Assembly (NCBI GenBank): GCA_943332105.1
Contig: CALQOD010000001.1
Location: 6,615 to 70,614 of the forward strand
Source of the DNA: Chitinophaga pinensis
GTDB taxonomy: Bacteria; Bacteroidota; Bacteroidia; AKYH767-A; OLB10
Length of the DNA stretch: 64,000 nucleotides
Reading direction: 5' to 3'
Shown here: piece by piece, positions 9,522 to 18,511 of the stretch
Layout of the letters: each line of letters starts with the position of its first letter
How positions within the stretch are numbered: position 1 is the stretch's first letter
Program-made: the position numbers and the translations under genes
The notes under the pieces: generated by a model
Told to the model about the DNA's origin: nothing
The model's input: only the letters and a program-made list of their open reading frames with translations
Database searches by the model: none

Positions 9522-9989
9522 CTAATTCAAAAAATAATAAGCGCCATTCAATATCGATGCAAATGATACCCATAACAAATATGGAATATTCAAATATCCT
9601 GCAGCTGCATCGAGTTTTCTAAAATGATGAATCATCGTAGCAATTATTGTCCACATGACAATAATCTCAGCAAGTGCCAACCCAATTAAGTGCCATTTGA
9701 AAAAGATTAAACTCCAGAAAAAATTCAAGGTCATTTGCAAAGCAAATATTCCGATTGCTTTATTACGCTCTTCCGAAACCGGCAATACCCATATTCGATA
9801 AAGCGAAATCCCCATTATCAAATAGAGGGTTGTCCACACCGGACCAAATACCCAATTAGGCGGATTAAAAGAAGGCTGTTGTAATGTTGAGTACCAACCA
9901 TTGATAGAGTTAGCTGTTAGGAATCCAGAGAATCCGCCAACTACCATGGGAAGAAAAATAGCGATTATTAATTTGAGCGTTTTTGACAT
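9522..9989 (-). CDS. tspO: TspO/MBR tryptophan-rich sensory protein
   Basis: 5-TM 155-aa protein with WYSTLQQPSFNPPNWVFGPVWTTLY signature. Confidence 0.9.
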   Translation of the reverse strand: MSKTLKLIIAIFLPMVVGGFSGFLTANSINGWYSTLQQPSFNPPNWVFGPVWTTLYLIMGISLYRIWVLPVSEERNKAIGIFALQMTLNFFWSLIFFKWHLIGLALAEIIVMWTIIATMIHHFRKLDAAAGYLNIPYLLWVSFASILNGAYYFLN

Positions 9990-9996
9990 AAATAAA

Positions 9997-10028
9997 AAAG
10001 CAGTTTGTTAAAGATAACAAACTGCTTT
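9997..10028 (-). terminator. strong intrinsic terminator of sucC; its T-tract runs into the tspO start codon
   Basis: 13-bp stem aaagcagtttgtt/aacaaactgcttt, 6-nt loop; on the minus strand it is followed by ttttatttATG. Confidence 0.8.
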
Positions 10029-10049
10029 GGAATATGATTAATAATTCAA

Positions 10050-11240
10050 TTACGCAACCACCTTCTGAACCAACTCAGCAGCTTCTTTTAATTGAATTGC
10101 TGAATAAACTTTTAATCCACTTTCGTCGATTAATTTCTTTGCTTCTGCTGCGTTTGTTCCCTGTAAACGAACAATGATTGGAACTGGAATCTCTCCGATA
10201 TTATTGTAAGCATCAACGATACCTTGTGCAACACGATCACAACGAACGATACCACCGAAAATATTTACAAAAATTGCTTTTACACTTGGATCTTTTAAGA
10301 TGATACGGAATGCCTGTTCAACACGAGCTGCGTTAGCAGTACCACCCACATCTAAGAAGTTTGCAGGCTCACCACCTGATAACTTGATGATATCCATTGT
10401 AGCCATTGCTAATCCAGCACCGTTAACCATACAACCTACGTTACCATCTAGCTTCACATAATTTAAATCATGCTCGCTAGCTTCTACTTCTGTTGGATCT
10501 TCTTCTGACTTGTCGCGCATAGCAGCGTAGTCTGGATGACGGAATAAACCGTTGTCATCTAAACTAACTTTAGCATCAACAGCAATAATTTTATCGTCAG
10601 ATGTTTTCAAAACAGGGTTGATTTCAAACATCGCTGAATCTGTTGCATCGTATGCTTTATATAAAGCCGCTACGAACTTGGTCATTTCTTTGAAGGCATT
10701 TCCGCTTAGTCCAAGATTGAATGCAATCTTACGCGCTTGGAATCCTTGTAATCCAACTTTAGGATCAATCTCTTCTTTGAAAATTAAGTGAGGCGTTTTT
10801 TCTGCTACTTCCTCGATGTCCATACCACCTTCTGTGGAATACATAATCATATTACGACCAGTCATACGGTTCATCAATACGCTCATGTAAAACTCTGAAG
10901 TCTCGCTTGCTCCCGGATAGTAAACATCCTGTGCAACTAAAACCTTATTTACTTTTTTACCCTGAGGACCTGTCTGCGGAGTGATTAATTGCATCCCGAT
11001 AATCTGAGAAGCTTTTTCTTTTAAATCATCTAAGTTTTTAGCCAACTTTACGCCACCACCTTTTCCGCGACCACCTGCGTGAATTTGTGCTTTCACAACC
11101 CACCATTGTGTACCTGTTTGCTCGGTTAATTTTTTTGCTGCTTCCACTGCCTCTTCAGCTGTATCTGCTACAATTCCTTCCTGAATAGCAACTCCAAAAC
11201 TTTTTAAAATCGACTTGCCCTGATATTCGTGTAAATTCAT
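10050..11240 (-). CDS. sucC: succinate--CoA ligase (ADP-forming) beta subunit
   Basis: MNLHEYQGK start, ATP-grasp, HAGGRGKGGGV; 396 aa. Confidence 0.96.
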   Translation of the reverse strand: MNLHEYQGKSILKSFGVAIQEGIVADTAEEAVEAAKKLTEQTGTQWWVVKAQIHAGGRGKGGGVKLAKNLDDLKEKASQIIGMQLITPQTGPQGKKVNKVLVAQDVYYPGASETSEFYMSVLMNRMTGRNMIMYSTEGGMDIEEVAEKTPHLIFKEEIDPKVGLQGFQARKIAFNLGLSGNAFKEMTKFVAALYKAYDATDSAMFEINPVLKTSDDKIIAVDAKVSLDDNGLFRHPDYAAMRDKSEEDPTEVEASEHDLNYVKLDGNVGCMVNGAGLAMATMDIIKLSGGEPANFLDVGGTANAARVEQAFRIILKDPSVKAIFVNIFGGIVRCDRVAQGIVDAYNNIGEIPVPIIVRLQGTNAAEAKKLIDESGLKVYSAIQLKEAAELVQKVVA

Positions 11241-11277
11241 AATGCTTTTTTTAAGTTTCGAAATATTGATTGCGGCA

Positions 11278-11285
11278 CAAAAGTA
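11278..11285 (-). promoter_or_regulatory. -7 promoter box TACTTTTG, 37 nt upstream of sucC ATG
   Basis: exact TAnnTTTG on sucC strand. Confidence 0.35.
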
Positions 11286-11381
11286 TCAAAAAATCAAATG
11301 TAAATTTTTCGAACGGCATCATTCTAAAGCAGATTTTAAACATTTTAAAGTATTGCTTGTTATCTAACTAAATTTTAAACC

Positions 11382-11846
11382 ATGGCATTAACAATTGGAA
11401 GCAAAGCCCCTGCAATAAAAGGAATTAATCAGTTAGGAGAAAAAATAAAACCTGCTGATCTTAAAGGCAAAAAAGTAATTCTCTATTTCTATCCCAAGGA
11501 CAGCACTCCAACATGCACGATTGAATCATGCAATTTAAGAGATAACTATAAATCGTTAATTAAAGCAGGCTTTGAAGTGATTGGTGTTAGTGCCGATGAT
11601 GTTAAAAGCCACGAGAAATTCGCTACTAAACAAAGTCTGCCATTTTCGTTAATAGCGGATACCGACCGTGAATTAATTGAAGCATATGAAGCATGGGGCG
11701 AAAAATCGATGTATGGCAAAAAGTACATGGGCATTATCCGTAAAACATTTGTGATTGACGAGAAAGGAAAAATAGCAGCCATCATTGAGAAAGTGGATGC
11801 AAAGAATCACGCAAAGCAAATTTTAGAAGCTCTTCAAAACGGTTGA
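11382..11846 (+). CDS. bcp: thioredoxin-dependent peroxiredoxin (Bcp type)
   Basis: FYPKDSTPTCTIESC peroxidatic/resolving Cys motif; 154 aa. Confidence 0.9.
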   Translation: MALTIGSKAPAIKGINQLGEKIKPADLKGKKVILYFYPKDSTPTCTIESCNLRDNYKSLIKAGFEVIGVSADDVKSHEKFATKQSLPFSLIADTDRELIEAYEAWGEKSMYGKKYMGIIRKTFVIDEKGKIAAIIEKVDAKNHAKQILEALQNG

Positions 11847-12691
11847 AATCCGGATACAAACCGAAGATTGCCTGAAATATCCTCTTGAGCCATTGTTTCA
11901 GCGAAACCTAATCCGCGAAGCAAACGCTCTACTTCAACTCCGTATAATTTATTGACTTCGAACCAAAGTGAACCTCCTGGATTCAAATGTTGTTTTGCGA
12001 AGAGTGCTATTTTACGATAGAATCGAATGGGATCATCATCAGGTGCAAACAACGCTAAATGCGGTTCGTAATTCAATACCGAATTAGCCAAAGATTGTCC
12101 TTCAAACGAGGTTATATAAGGCGGATTACTTACTATTAAATCAAATTTTAATTCTGAATTGTTTTCGAATCCTTCTTCTAAAACATCTGCCCAAAATAAA
12201 TTTAAATTTATAGAATGAACTTCTGCATTTTTCTTGGCGATCGCCATTGCTTCGAGCGAAATATCACATCCGTGAATCTGATTTAATTGAAAAAGCTTTG
12301 CTAACGCGATGGGAATACAACCGGAACCACAACAAATGTCAAGTACCTTTGAATCATTATCCAATTCCACCTCCTCTTTTATCAAGTAAACCAACTCTTC
12401 TGTTTCAGGACGAGGAATTAAAACGCTTTCATCAACAAAATAAGAATCGCCTGCAAACCAAGCTATGTTTGTCACATATTGCAAAGGCATTCCGCTTTGA
12501 AGTTTTTTTAAATCTGCTTGAAGAATATCAATCATATTAGCTGGAAGAGCGATATCCGATTTCAAATCGAGTTCATTTGCATTCACTGATAGTCGATCAG
12601 CTAATAAAAAACGAATTAACGTGTAACGCTCATCATCTTCTATCGATAAAAGTTGATTAGTTGCTAATTCATAAAACTCATTGAGATTCAT
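11834..12691 (-). CDS. prmC: release factor glutamine N5-methyltransferase
   Basis: SAM motif VLDICCGSGCI and catalytic NPPY (SNPPYI). Confidence 0.9.
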   Translation of the reverse strand: MNLNEFYELATNQLLSIEDDERYTLIRFLLADRLSVNANELDLKSDIALPANMIDILQADLKKLQSGMPLQYVTNIAWFAGDSYFVDESVLIPRPETEELVYLIKEEVELDNDSKVLDICCGSGCIPIALAKLFQLNQIHGCDISLEAMAIAKKNAEVHSINLNLFWADVLEEGFENNSELKFDLIVSNPPYITSFEGQSLANSVLNYEPHLALFAPDDDPIRFYRKIALFAKQHLNPGGSLWFEVNKLYGVEVERLLRGLGFAETMAQEDISGNLRFVSGFQPF

Positions 12692-12751
12692 GTTGCAAAG
12701 ATGAAATAAAAATCAATGCTTAAGATACCACTTCAACTGCATTTCCTTTGT

Positions 12752-12759
12752 TACCTTTG
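12752..12759 (+). promoter_or_regulatory. -7 promoter box TACCTTTG, only 6 nt upstream of ribD ATG (leaderless-type)
   Basis: exact TAnnTTTG; same 11-mer TTACCTTTGCA as upstream of tRNA-Ser. Confidence 0.5.
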
Positions 12760-12765
12760 CAAGCA

Positions 12766-13788
12766 ATGAATACTAATGAGCAATACATGCAGCGTTGTCT
12801 GCAATTGGCACTAAAAGGTTTAGGAAATGTATCTCCGAATCCGATGGTAGGCTGTGTAATTGTTAATGAAAATAAAATTATTGGCGAAGGGTATCATCAA
12901 CAATATGGCGAGGCGCATGCAGAGGTAAATGCGATTAATGCAGTTCATGATAAATCACTTTTGAAATCATCTACACTTTATGTTTCGTTAGAGCCGTGCA
13001 ATCATTTTGGAAAGACACCTCCATGTGCTGACTTGATATTAAAGTATGAAATTCCGAATGTGGTAATTGGAATTCAAGATCCATTTGAAAAAGTAAATGG
13101 TAGCGGAATAAAAAAATTAATTGACGCAAACGTACATGTCACCACAGGAATCTTAGAAGCAGAATGTCGTGAAATCAATAAACGCTTTTTTACCTTTCAA
13201 CTCGAGAAAAGACCATTCATCATTTTAAAGTGGGCACAAAGTAAAGATGGATTTATTGGAAAGAAAAATGAATCGTTGCGCATTAGCAATGAACTTACAC
13301 GTGTGATTAATGATACATGGAGGACGCAAGAAGATGCCGTTTTAATTGGAGGAGAAACAGCGAGAACTGATAATCCGCATTTAACGGTGAGGAAGATTAA
13401 AGGAAGGAGCCCAATACGAATTATTCTTTCAGAAAGTGGAAATCTCTCGCCCCATTTAAATTTATGTGATGGTAAGGCTACAACAATCGTCTATTCAAAA
13501 AATAATAATAGTTATGCTAATTGTGAATCAGTTTTAATTCCTAATAAAAATAATTTACAATTTATTCTTTCAGATTTACACAAAAGAAACATTCAGAGTA
13601 TTATTGTTGAAGGAGGTTCTACAATTTTAAATCAATTTGTCCAAGAAAATATTTGGGATGAAATCAGAATCTTTGAAAGTGAAAACTTACTGGAAGATGG
13701 TATCTCAGCACCAACGATTAATTCAGCAATTTCATTAACGGAACAAATCGATAATAATCAGTTAAAAATAATTTACACAAGAAAATAA
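12766..13788 (+). CDS. ribD: bifunctional riboflavin biosynthesis deaminase/reductase
   Basis: zinc deaminase motifs HAE (GEAHAEVNA) and PCxxC-type (LEPCNHFGKTPPCAD); C-terminal reductase domain; start moved to ATG 12766. Confidence 0.93.
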   Translation: MNTNEQYMQRCLQLALKGLGNVSPNPMVGCVIVNENKIIGEGYHQQYGEAHAEVNAINAVHDKSLLKSSTLYVSLEPCNHFGKTPPCADLILKYEIPNVVIGIQDPFEKVNGSGIKKLIDANVHVTTGILEAECREINKRFFTFQLEKRPFIILKWAQSKDGFIGKKNESLRISNELTRVINDTWRTQEDAVLIGGETARTDNPHLTVRKIKGRSPIRIILSESGNLSPHLNLCDGKATTIVYSKNNNSYANCESVLIPNKNNLQFILSDLHKRNIQSIIVEGGSTILNQFVQENIWDEIRIFESENLLEDGISAPTINSAISLTEQIDNNQLKIIYTRK

Positions 13789-14670
13789 ATGTCGGTGTCG
13801 TTATTAATCATCATTATTATTGCTTCCCTTTTATCTGCTTTACTTTATATTATTTTAAAGTATTTCGAGAAGTTTAATGTAAATAACATTCATGGTTTAA
13901 CTGCAAATTATATTACAGCATCTTTGTTCTCTTTTTTCTTCAATTATAAAACAAATATTCAACTATTTCCTCATTCATCATCGTATGCAAGTTTTGCCTT
14001 AGGAATAGGATTATTATTTATTTGCGTTTTTTATATAGCCGCATTAACAGCACAAAAATCAGGAATAGCAATCACCTCAATCGCCGGTAAAATGTCGATG
14101 GTTATTCCAATAATTTTTGGTTATTTTTTATATGGCGACCAATTAACCACCATGAGAATTGTTGGAATATTGATTGCGCTATTTGCTGTTTTTCTTAGTA
14201 GCTCCTCATCTGGAAACACATCAGAAGAACCAAAAAAGAAAAACTGGATTTTCCCCTTGCTATTATTTCTTGGCAGTGGGCTCGTAGATACTTCAATAAA
14301 AGCAGGTCAACATTATTACATGACAGAAGAAAATCAATATTTATATTTTGCTTTCCTATTTGGATCAGCTAGTATTTTTGGGATAACGCTAACAACCATC
14401 ATGTATGCTAAAAACAGAATAAAAATTAAGCTTAATAGTATTATAGCAGGATTTATTTTAGGAATTGCAAACTTTTACTCCTTGTTTTTTTTAGTCAAAG
14501 CACTTTCTGATGATAAAGCAGAGAGCATGTTGATTTTTTCAATCAGCAATGTTTTAGTAGTACTCTTTTCAGCAATATTAGGCTTGATTATTTTCAAAGA
14601 AAAGCCACACAAAAAAAATCTAATTGGTTTATCACTTGCAATAGTTGCTATCATTATATTGACTTTTTAA
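13789..14670 (+). CDS. DMT/EamA-type 10-TM transporter
   Basis: 293 aa, two five-helix halves; ATG directly follows the ribD TAA. Confidence 0.7.
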   Translation: MSVSLLIIIIIASLLSALLYIILKYFEKFNVNNIHGLTANYITASLFSFFFNYKTNIQLFPHSSSYASFALGIGLLFICVFYIAALTAQKSGIAITSIAGKMSMVIPIIFGYFLYGDQLTTMRIVGILIALFAVFLSSSSSGNTSEEPKKKNWIFPLLLFLGSGLVDTSIKAGQHYYMTEENQYLYFAFLFGSASIFGITLTTIMYAKNRIKIKLNSIIAGFILGIANFYSLFFLVKALSDDKAESMLIFSISNVLVVLFSAILGLIIFKEKPHKKNLIGLSLAIVAIIILTF

Positions 14671-14671
14671 A

Positions 14672-15289
14672 ATGTTATTCGACGATACCTATTATTCAAT
14701 AAAAGAAAATTCTACCGGCGACTTTCGCGATCGAGGAAGCAAGTTTTTAGCATTTGCTTATCCAATTAAAACCGAGGCGCGGGTAAAAGAAATTATTCAG
14801 CAATTAAAAAAAGAACATCCGCAAGCCAACCATCATTGCTATGCATTTCGACTAACACCTGACCCTACTGTTTATCGTGCATCAGACGACAGAGAGCCAT
14901 CGGGAAGTGCGGGAAAACCAATCTTAGCAGCCATACAATCGCAACAATTAACGAATGTATTAGTGGTGGTTGTAAGATATTTTGGAGGAAGTTTATTGGG
15001 TGTGCCAGGACTAATCAATGCTTATCGAACAGCAGCTGCAGAAGCATTAAGCAAAGCAAAAATTATCGAACATACAATTAACGATAAATTTGAAATCACG
15101 TTTGATTTTGAAAGCATAAACGATGTGCATTCAATTATTAAATCAGAAGGCGCTATCATTACAGAACAAACCTATGAAACACCCTGTATAATTCAATTTG
15201 AATTGCGGAAAAGCAAATCAAACCAATTAACACATAAACTAAAAAACCATCCAACTTTAGCAGCCAAGGCAACTTGGAAATTTATTTAA
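14672..15289 (+). CDS. yigZ: YigZ/IMPACT-family protein (UPF0029)
   Basis: RGSKFLAFAYP...HHCYAFRL...DDREPSGSAGKPIL...VVVRYFGG motifs. Confidence 0.85.
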   Translation: MLFDDTYYSIKENSTGDFRDRGSKFLAFAYPIKTEARVKEIIQQLKKEHPQANHHCYAFRLTPDPTVYRASDDREPSGSAGKPILAAIQSQQLTNVLVVVVRYFGGSLLGVPGLINAYRTAAAEALSKAKIIEHTINDKFEITFDFESINDVHSIIKSEGAIITEQTYETPCIIQFELRKSKSNQLTHKLKNHPTLAAKATWKFI

Positions 15290-15291
15290 TT

Positions 15292-16209
15292 ATGAATTAC
15301 GAATTACTAAAAAAACTGTGTAGCATACATGCACCTGCAGGTGACGAAAGAAAGATGCAACACTTCTTACTAAACTATATTGAAGAATTTAAACAAAGCT
15401 GGGAAGTTACACCTGAAGTAATCTATGGTGATGACTTTCAACATTCAATTTTGCTTGTATTTGGCAAACCGCGTACTGCAGTTTTTGCTCACATCGATTC
15501 AATTGGATTTACAGCAAGGTATAATAATGAACTTGTGAAAATTGGTGGGCCAATAACTTCGGATGGATATCATTTAGTTGGTGAGGATGCTAATGGCCCT
15601 ATAGAAGGAGTTTTAAAACTTGATGCTGGTTATGACTACTCTCTTGCATCAAACAGGATTGCTGAACGAGGCACTACATTTACATTTAAAGCTGAATGGA
15701 AGGAAGATGGTCAATCAGTTCAATGTTGTTATATGGACAATCGACTTGGTGTTTTTAACGCTTTAAAAATAGCAGAAACATTAAAAGATGGTGTACTAGT
15801 ATTTTCTTGCTGGGAAGAGCATGGTGGCGGTTCTGTTCCTTACATTATAAAATACTTATGGGATCAATTTAAAATCAAACAAACATTAATCAGTGATATA
15901 ACCTGGATTACCGATGGAGTAACTGCGGGAAACGGGGTAGTTGTTTCACTTCGCGACTCTGGTTTGCCGCGCAAAGTTTTTACTGATAAAATCAGAAATA
16001 TTCTATTAAAAAACAATCATGATTTTCAATTAGAGGTAGAATCAACTGGTGGGAGTGATGGCAATGAAATTCAGAAGCAGCCCTATCCTATTGACTGGTG
16101 TTTTATTGGTGCGGCTGAATCAAATGTACATTCTCCCAATGAAAAAGTAGATAAAAAAGATATTGAAAGTATGATTGTAGCTTATCAAATTTTAATGCGA
16201 GAACTTTAA
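15292..16209 (+). CDS. M42-family metallopeptidase-like protein
   Basis: AHIDSIGF, YMDNRLGV, WEEHGGG, GGSDGNE and NVHSPNE blocks match the M42 layout. Confidence 0.7.
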   Translation: MNYELLKKLCSIHAPAGDERKMQHFLLNYIEEFKQSWEVTPEVIYGDDFQHSILLVFGKPRTAVFAHIDSIGFTARYNNELVKIGGPITSDGYHLVGEDANGPIEGVLKLDAGYDYSLASNRIAERGTTFTFKAEWKEDGQSVQCCYMDNRLGVFNALKIAETLKDGVLVFSCWEEHGGGSVPYIIKYLWDQFKIKQTLISDITWITDGVTAGNGVVVSLRDSGLPRKVFTDKIRNILLKNNHDFQLEVESTGGSDGNEIQKQPYPIDWCFIGAAESNVHSPNEKVDKKDIESMIVAYQILMREL

Positions 16210-16616
16210 GAAAAATACAATTTCAATTTACATAATAAATTATCAGGAACCATCATTGGTTTAATTGTTTCTTTGCTGACGAATACCAAAGTTGTCGATG
16301 CTTTATTTATTAACTCGTTTTTTTCATTCAATGTTTCATATTCAAAATAAATTCGTGCTTCCGGTAATTTTGTAATCGAAGTATTGATTGTAAGAAGTTC
16401 ATCATAGAAAGCAGGCTTTATGAATTTTATCTGGTAATCAAGAACGGGAAGCAAAATACCTTCAACATCTTCTAGCTCTTTATAACTCACACCTAGATTT
16501 CGTAATGCTTCAACACGGGCAACTTCAAAATACTGAGCATAATTTCCATAATAAACATAATTCATCCTATCCGTTTCAGAATACCTGACTCTAATTTGTG
16601 TTTGATGTGTGTACAT
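16206..16616 (-). CDS. YbgC/4HBT-family acyl-CoA thioesterase
   Basis: IRVRYSETDRMNYVYYGNYAQYFEVARVEALR hotdog-fold signature. Confidence 0.85.
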   Translation of the reverse strand: MYTHQTQIRVRYSETDRMNYVYYGNYAQYFEVARVEALRNLGVSYKELEDVEGILLPVLDYQIKFIKPAFYDELLTINTSITKLPEARIYFEYETLNEKNELINKASTTLVFVSKETIKPMMVPDNLLCKLKLYFS

Positions 16617-16707
16617 AATTACAATTTCAAAGATGCGAATAAAATATTTAAGATTTTGTGTTCAAAAACATTTTAATTACGAGCAATATCGCTATTATTG
16701 CAACATA

Positions 16708-17487
16708 ATGAACACTTTATTTAAAAAACAATTTTTACTCGGAATTACCGGAATATTTTCACTTATCCTGACTTCTTGCGCTACACATTACCATGTTAGC
16801 GATATTAAAACAAAACAATATCCTGTAAACGATTCCACTATTGCGAGTGTTGATTCCGTGGCTTATAATTACATCAGACCTTACCATGATACATTAGATA
16901 AAATCATGTCGGAAATATTGGTTTACTCAGAACAAAATATCGGTAAAGGATCACCAGAAAGTTTAATTGGAAATTTTACAACAGATGCATTACTAAATCA
17001 GACGAATTTAAAATGTGACACATTAAAAATAAAGCATGTCGATTTTGCATTTGGTAATAGCGGCGGATTAAGAATGTCGTTGCCAACTGGGGAAGTTACC
17101 TTAGGAAGAGTTTTCGAGTTAATGCCTTTTGAAAACACAATATTGATTTTAGAAATGAATCATGAAAAATTAAAATCATTGTTTAGTTATATCGTTCAAC
17201 GAAAAGGAATTCCACTTGCTGGCATCAGAATTAAAATCAGCAAGACAGGTTATCAGGATGTTTTAATTAATGGAATGTCGTTCGACTCTACAAAAACCTA
17301 TCGTGTTGCTACCAATGATTATTTGTCAAATGGCGGAGATGGGATGATGTTTTTAAGAGATGTGTCAAGCAAAACAGATATTGATTTAAAAGTAAGAGAC
17401 AGTTATATTCGTGAAATGCGGGGATTACAACTACAAGGCAAAAAAATAAAGGTTTTTTTAGATGGAAGAGTTACAGAAATACAATAG
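16708..17487 (+). CDS. 5'-nucleotidase C-terminal (substrate-binding) domain lipoprotein
   Basis: lipobox LILTSC; GNFTTDALL, FGNSGGLR and ATNDYLSNGGDG blocks; start moved to ATG 16708. Confidence 0.85.
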   Translation: MNTLFKKQFLLGITGIFSLILTSCATHYHVSDIKTKQYPVNDSTIASVDSVAYNYIRPYHDTLDKIMSEILVYSEQNIGKGSPESLIGNFTTDALLNQTNLKCDTLKIKHVDFAFGNSGGLRMSLPTGEVTLGRVFELMPFENTILILEMNHEKLKSLFSYIVQRKGIPLAGIRIKISKTGYQDVLINGMSFDSTKTYRVATNDYLSNGGDGMMFLRDVSSKTDIDLKVRDSYIREMRGLQLQGKKIKVFLDGRVTEIQ

Positions 17488-18397
17488 AAAAAAATTTATT
17501 AAGCAGATTAGCTTAGCTGGAGGGGCACTAGCACTTTCAGGCATCCCTTCTGATTTACTTGCAAGTGCAGGAACCACTAAAATTACAATCCTTCACACAA
17601 ACGATACGCATAGTCGTATTGATCCTTTTCCTGCTAGTGATCCAAAATTTGGCGGTATGGGAGGTGTAGCGCGTCGTATGCAAATAATTAACAAAATCCG
17701 TTCAGAAGAAAACAATGTTTTGCTGTTGGATAGCGGAGATATTTTTCAAGGCACACCCTATTTTAACTATTACGGTGGTGAGCTGGAAATAAAATTAATG
17801 AGCGCAATGAAATACGATGCTGCAACTATGGGCAATCATGATTTTGATGCAGGTATTGATGGATTTGCAAAGCAACTACCACATGCATCTTTTCCTTTTT
17901 TATGTAGCAATTATGATTTTAAAAATACAATTTTAGCAGATAAAACACAACCTTACAAAATCATAAAAAAAGGAGATATTAGAATTGGAATATTCGGTTT
18001 AGGAATAGAACTTCAAGGATTAGTGGATGAAAAATGTTATGGAAAAACAATTTACAACGACCCATTAGAAGTTGCTAATAAGATGGCTAAGCATTTAAAA
18101 GAAAATGAAAGTTGCTTAATTGTAATTTGCCTTTCGCATTTAGGCTATCGATATGATGGAAGTAAAAAAGTTTCTGATGCGGTGTTAGCTTGTCAATCTG
18201 AAAGCATTGACTTGATTTTAGGTGGACACACCCATACATTTTTAGACAAGCCCGAAGAATTTAAAAATTTAAAAAACAAAAAAGTTTTAGTTGCTCAAAC
18301 AGGATTTGGCGGGATTCGCCTCGGTAGAATTGATTTTTTTATCGAAAAAAAATCAGGAAAAATTTCTCACGAAAATCGTACTGTAAAAATTTCTTAA
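17462..18397 (+). CDS. metallophosphoesterase (5'-nucleotidase N-terminal catalytic domain) with Tat-like signal
   Basis: NRKKFIKQISLAGGALALSG; ILHTNDTHS, DSGDIFQGT and GNHDFD metal-binding motifs. Confidence 0.88.
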   Translation: MEELQKYNRKKFIKQISLAGGALALSGIPSDLLASAGTTKITILHTNDTHSRIDPFPASDPKFGGMGGVARRMQIINKIRSEENNVLLLDSGDIFQGTPYFNYYGGELEIKLMSAMKYDAATMGNHDFDAGIDGFAKQLPHASFPFLCSNYDFKNTILADKTQPYKIIKKGDIRIGIFGLGIELQGLVDEKCYGKTIYNDPLEVANKMAKHLKENESCLIVICLSHLGYRYDGSKKVSDAVLACQSESIDLILGGHTHTFLDKPEEFKNLKNKKVLVAQTGFGGIRLGRIDFFIEKKSGKISHENRTVKIS

Positions 18398-18511
18398 TAA
18401 TCAAGGTAAGAAAAATTTTTTTTTACATTTTTTTAAACAATATTTGCAATTCAATAAAAACAATCAATCAAAATATTTCATAATATAGTAAAAAACATCG
18501 AGAAGAAGGAT

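Noticed and set aside
9643-9838. Two DnaA-box-like 9-mers TTGTCCACA (9647..9655, 9830..9838) and a perfect 9-bp inverted repeat attattgtc/gacaataat (9643..9665) inside tspO
   Set aside because: Both 9-mers are the reverse complement of Trp-Thr codons (tgg aca) in the W-rich TspO protein. Two isolated 8/9 matches and one 9-bp inverted repeat are within chance expectation for 64 kb of AT-rich DNA, and the site is 8.5 kb from dnaA.
12692-12765. Looked for an FMN riboswitch upstream of ribD (and of ribH at 21299..21307)
   Set aside because: The intergenic regions are only 74 and 9 nt, AT-rich, and occupied by a promoter box. There is no room for the ~140-nt conserved FMN element.
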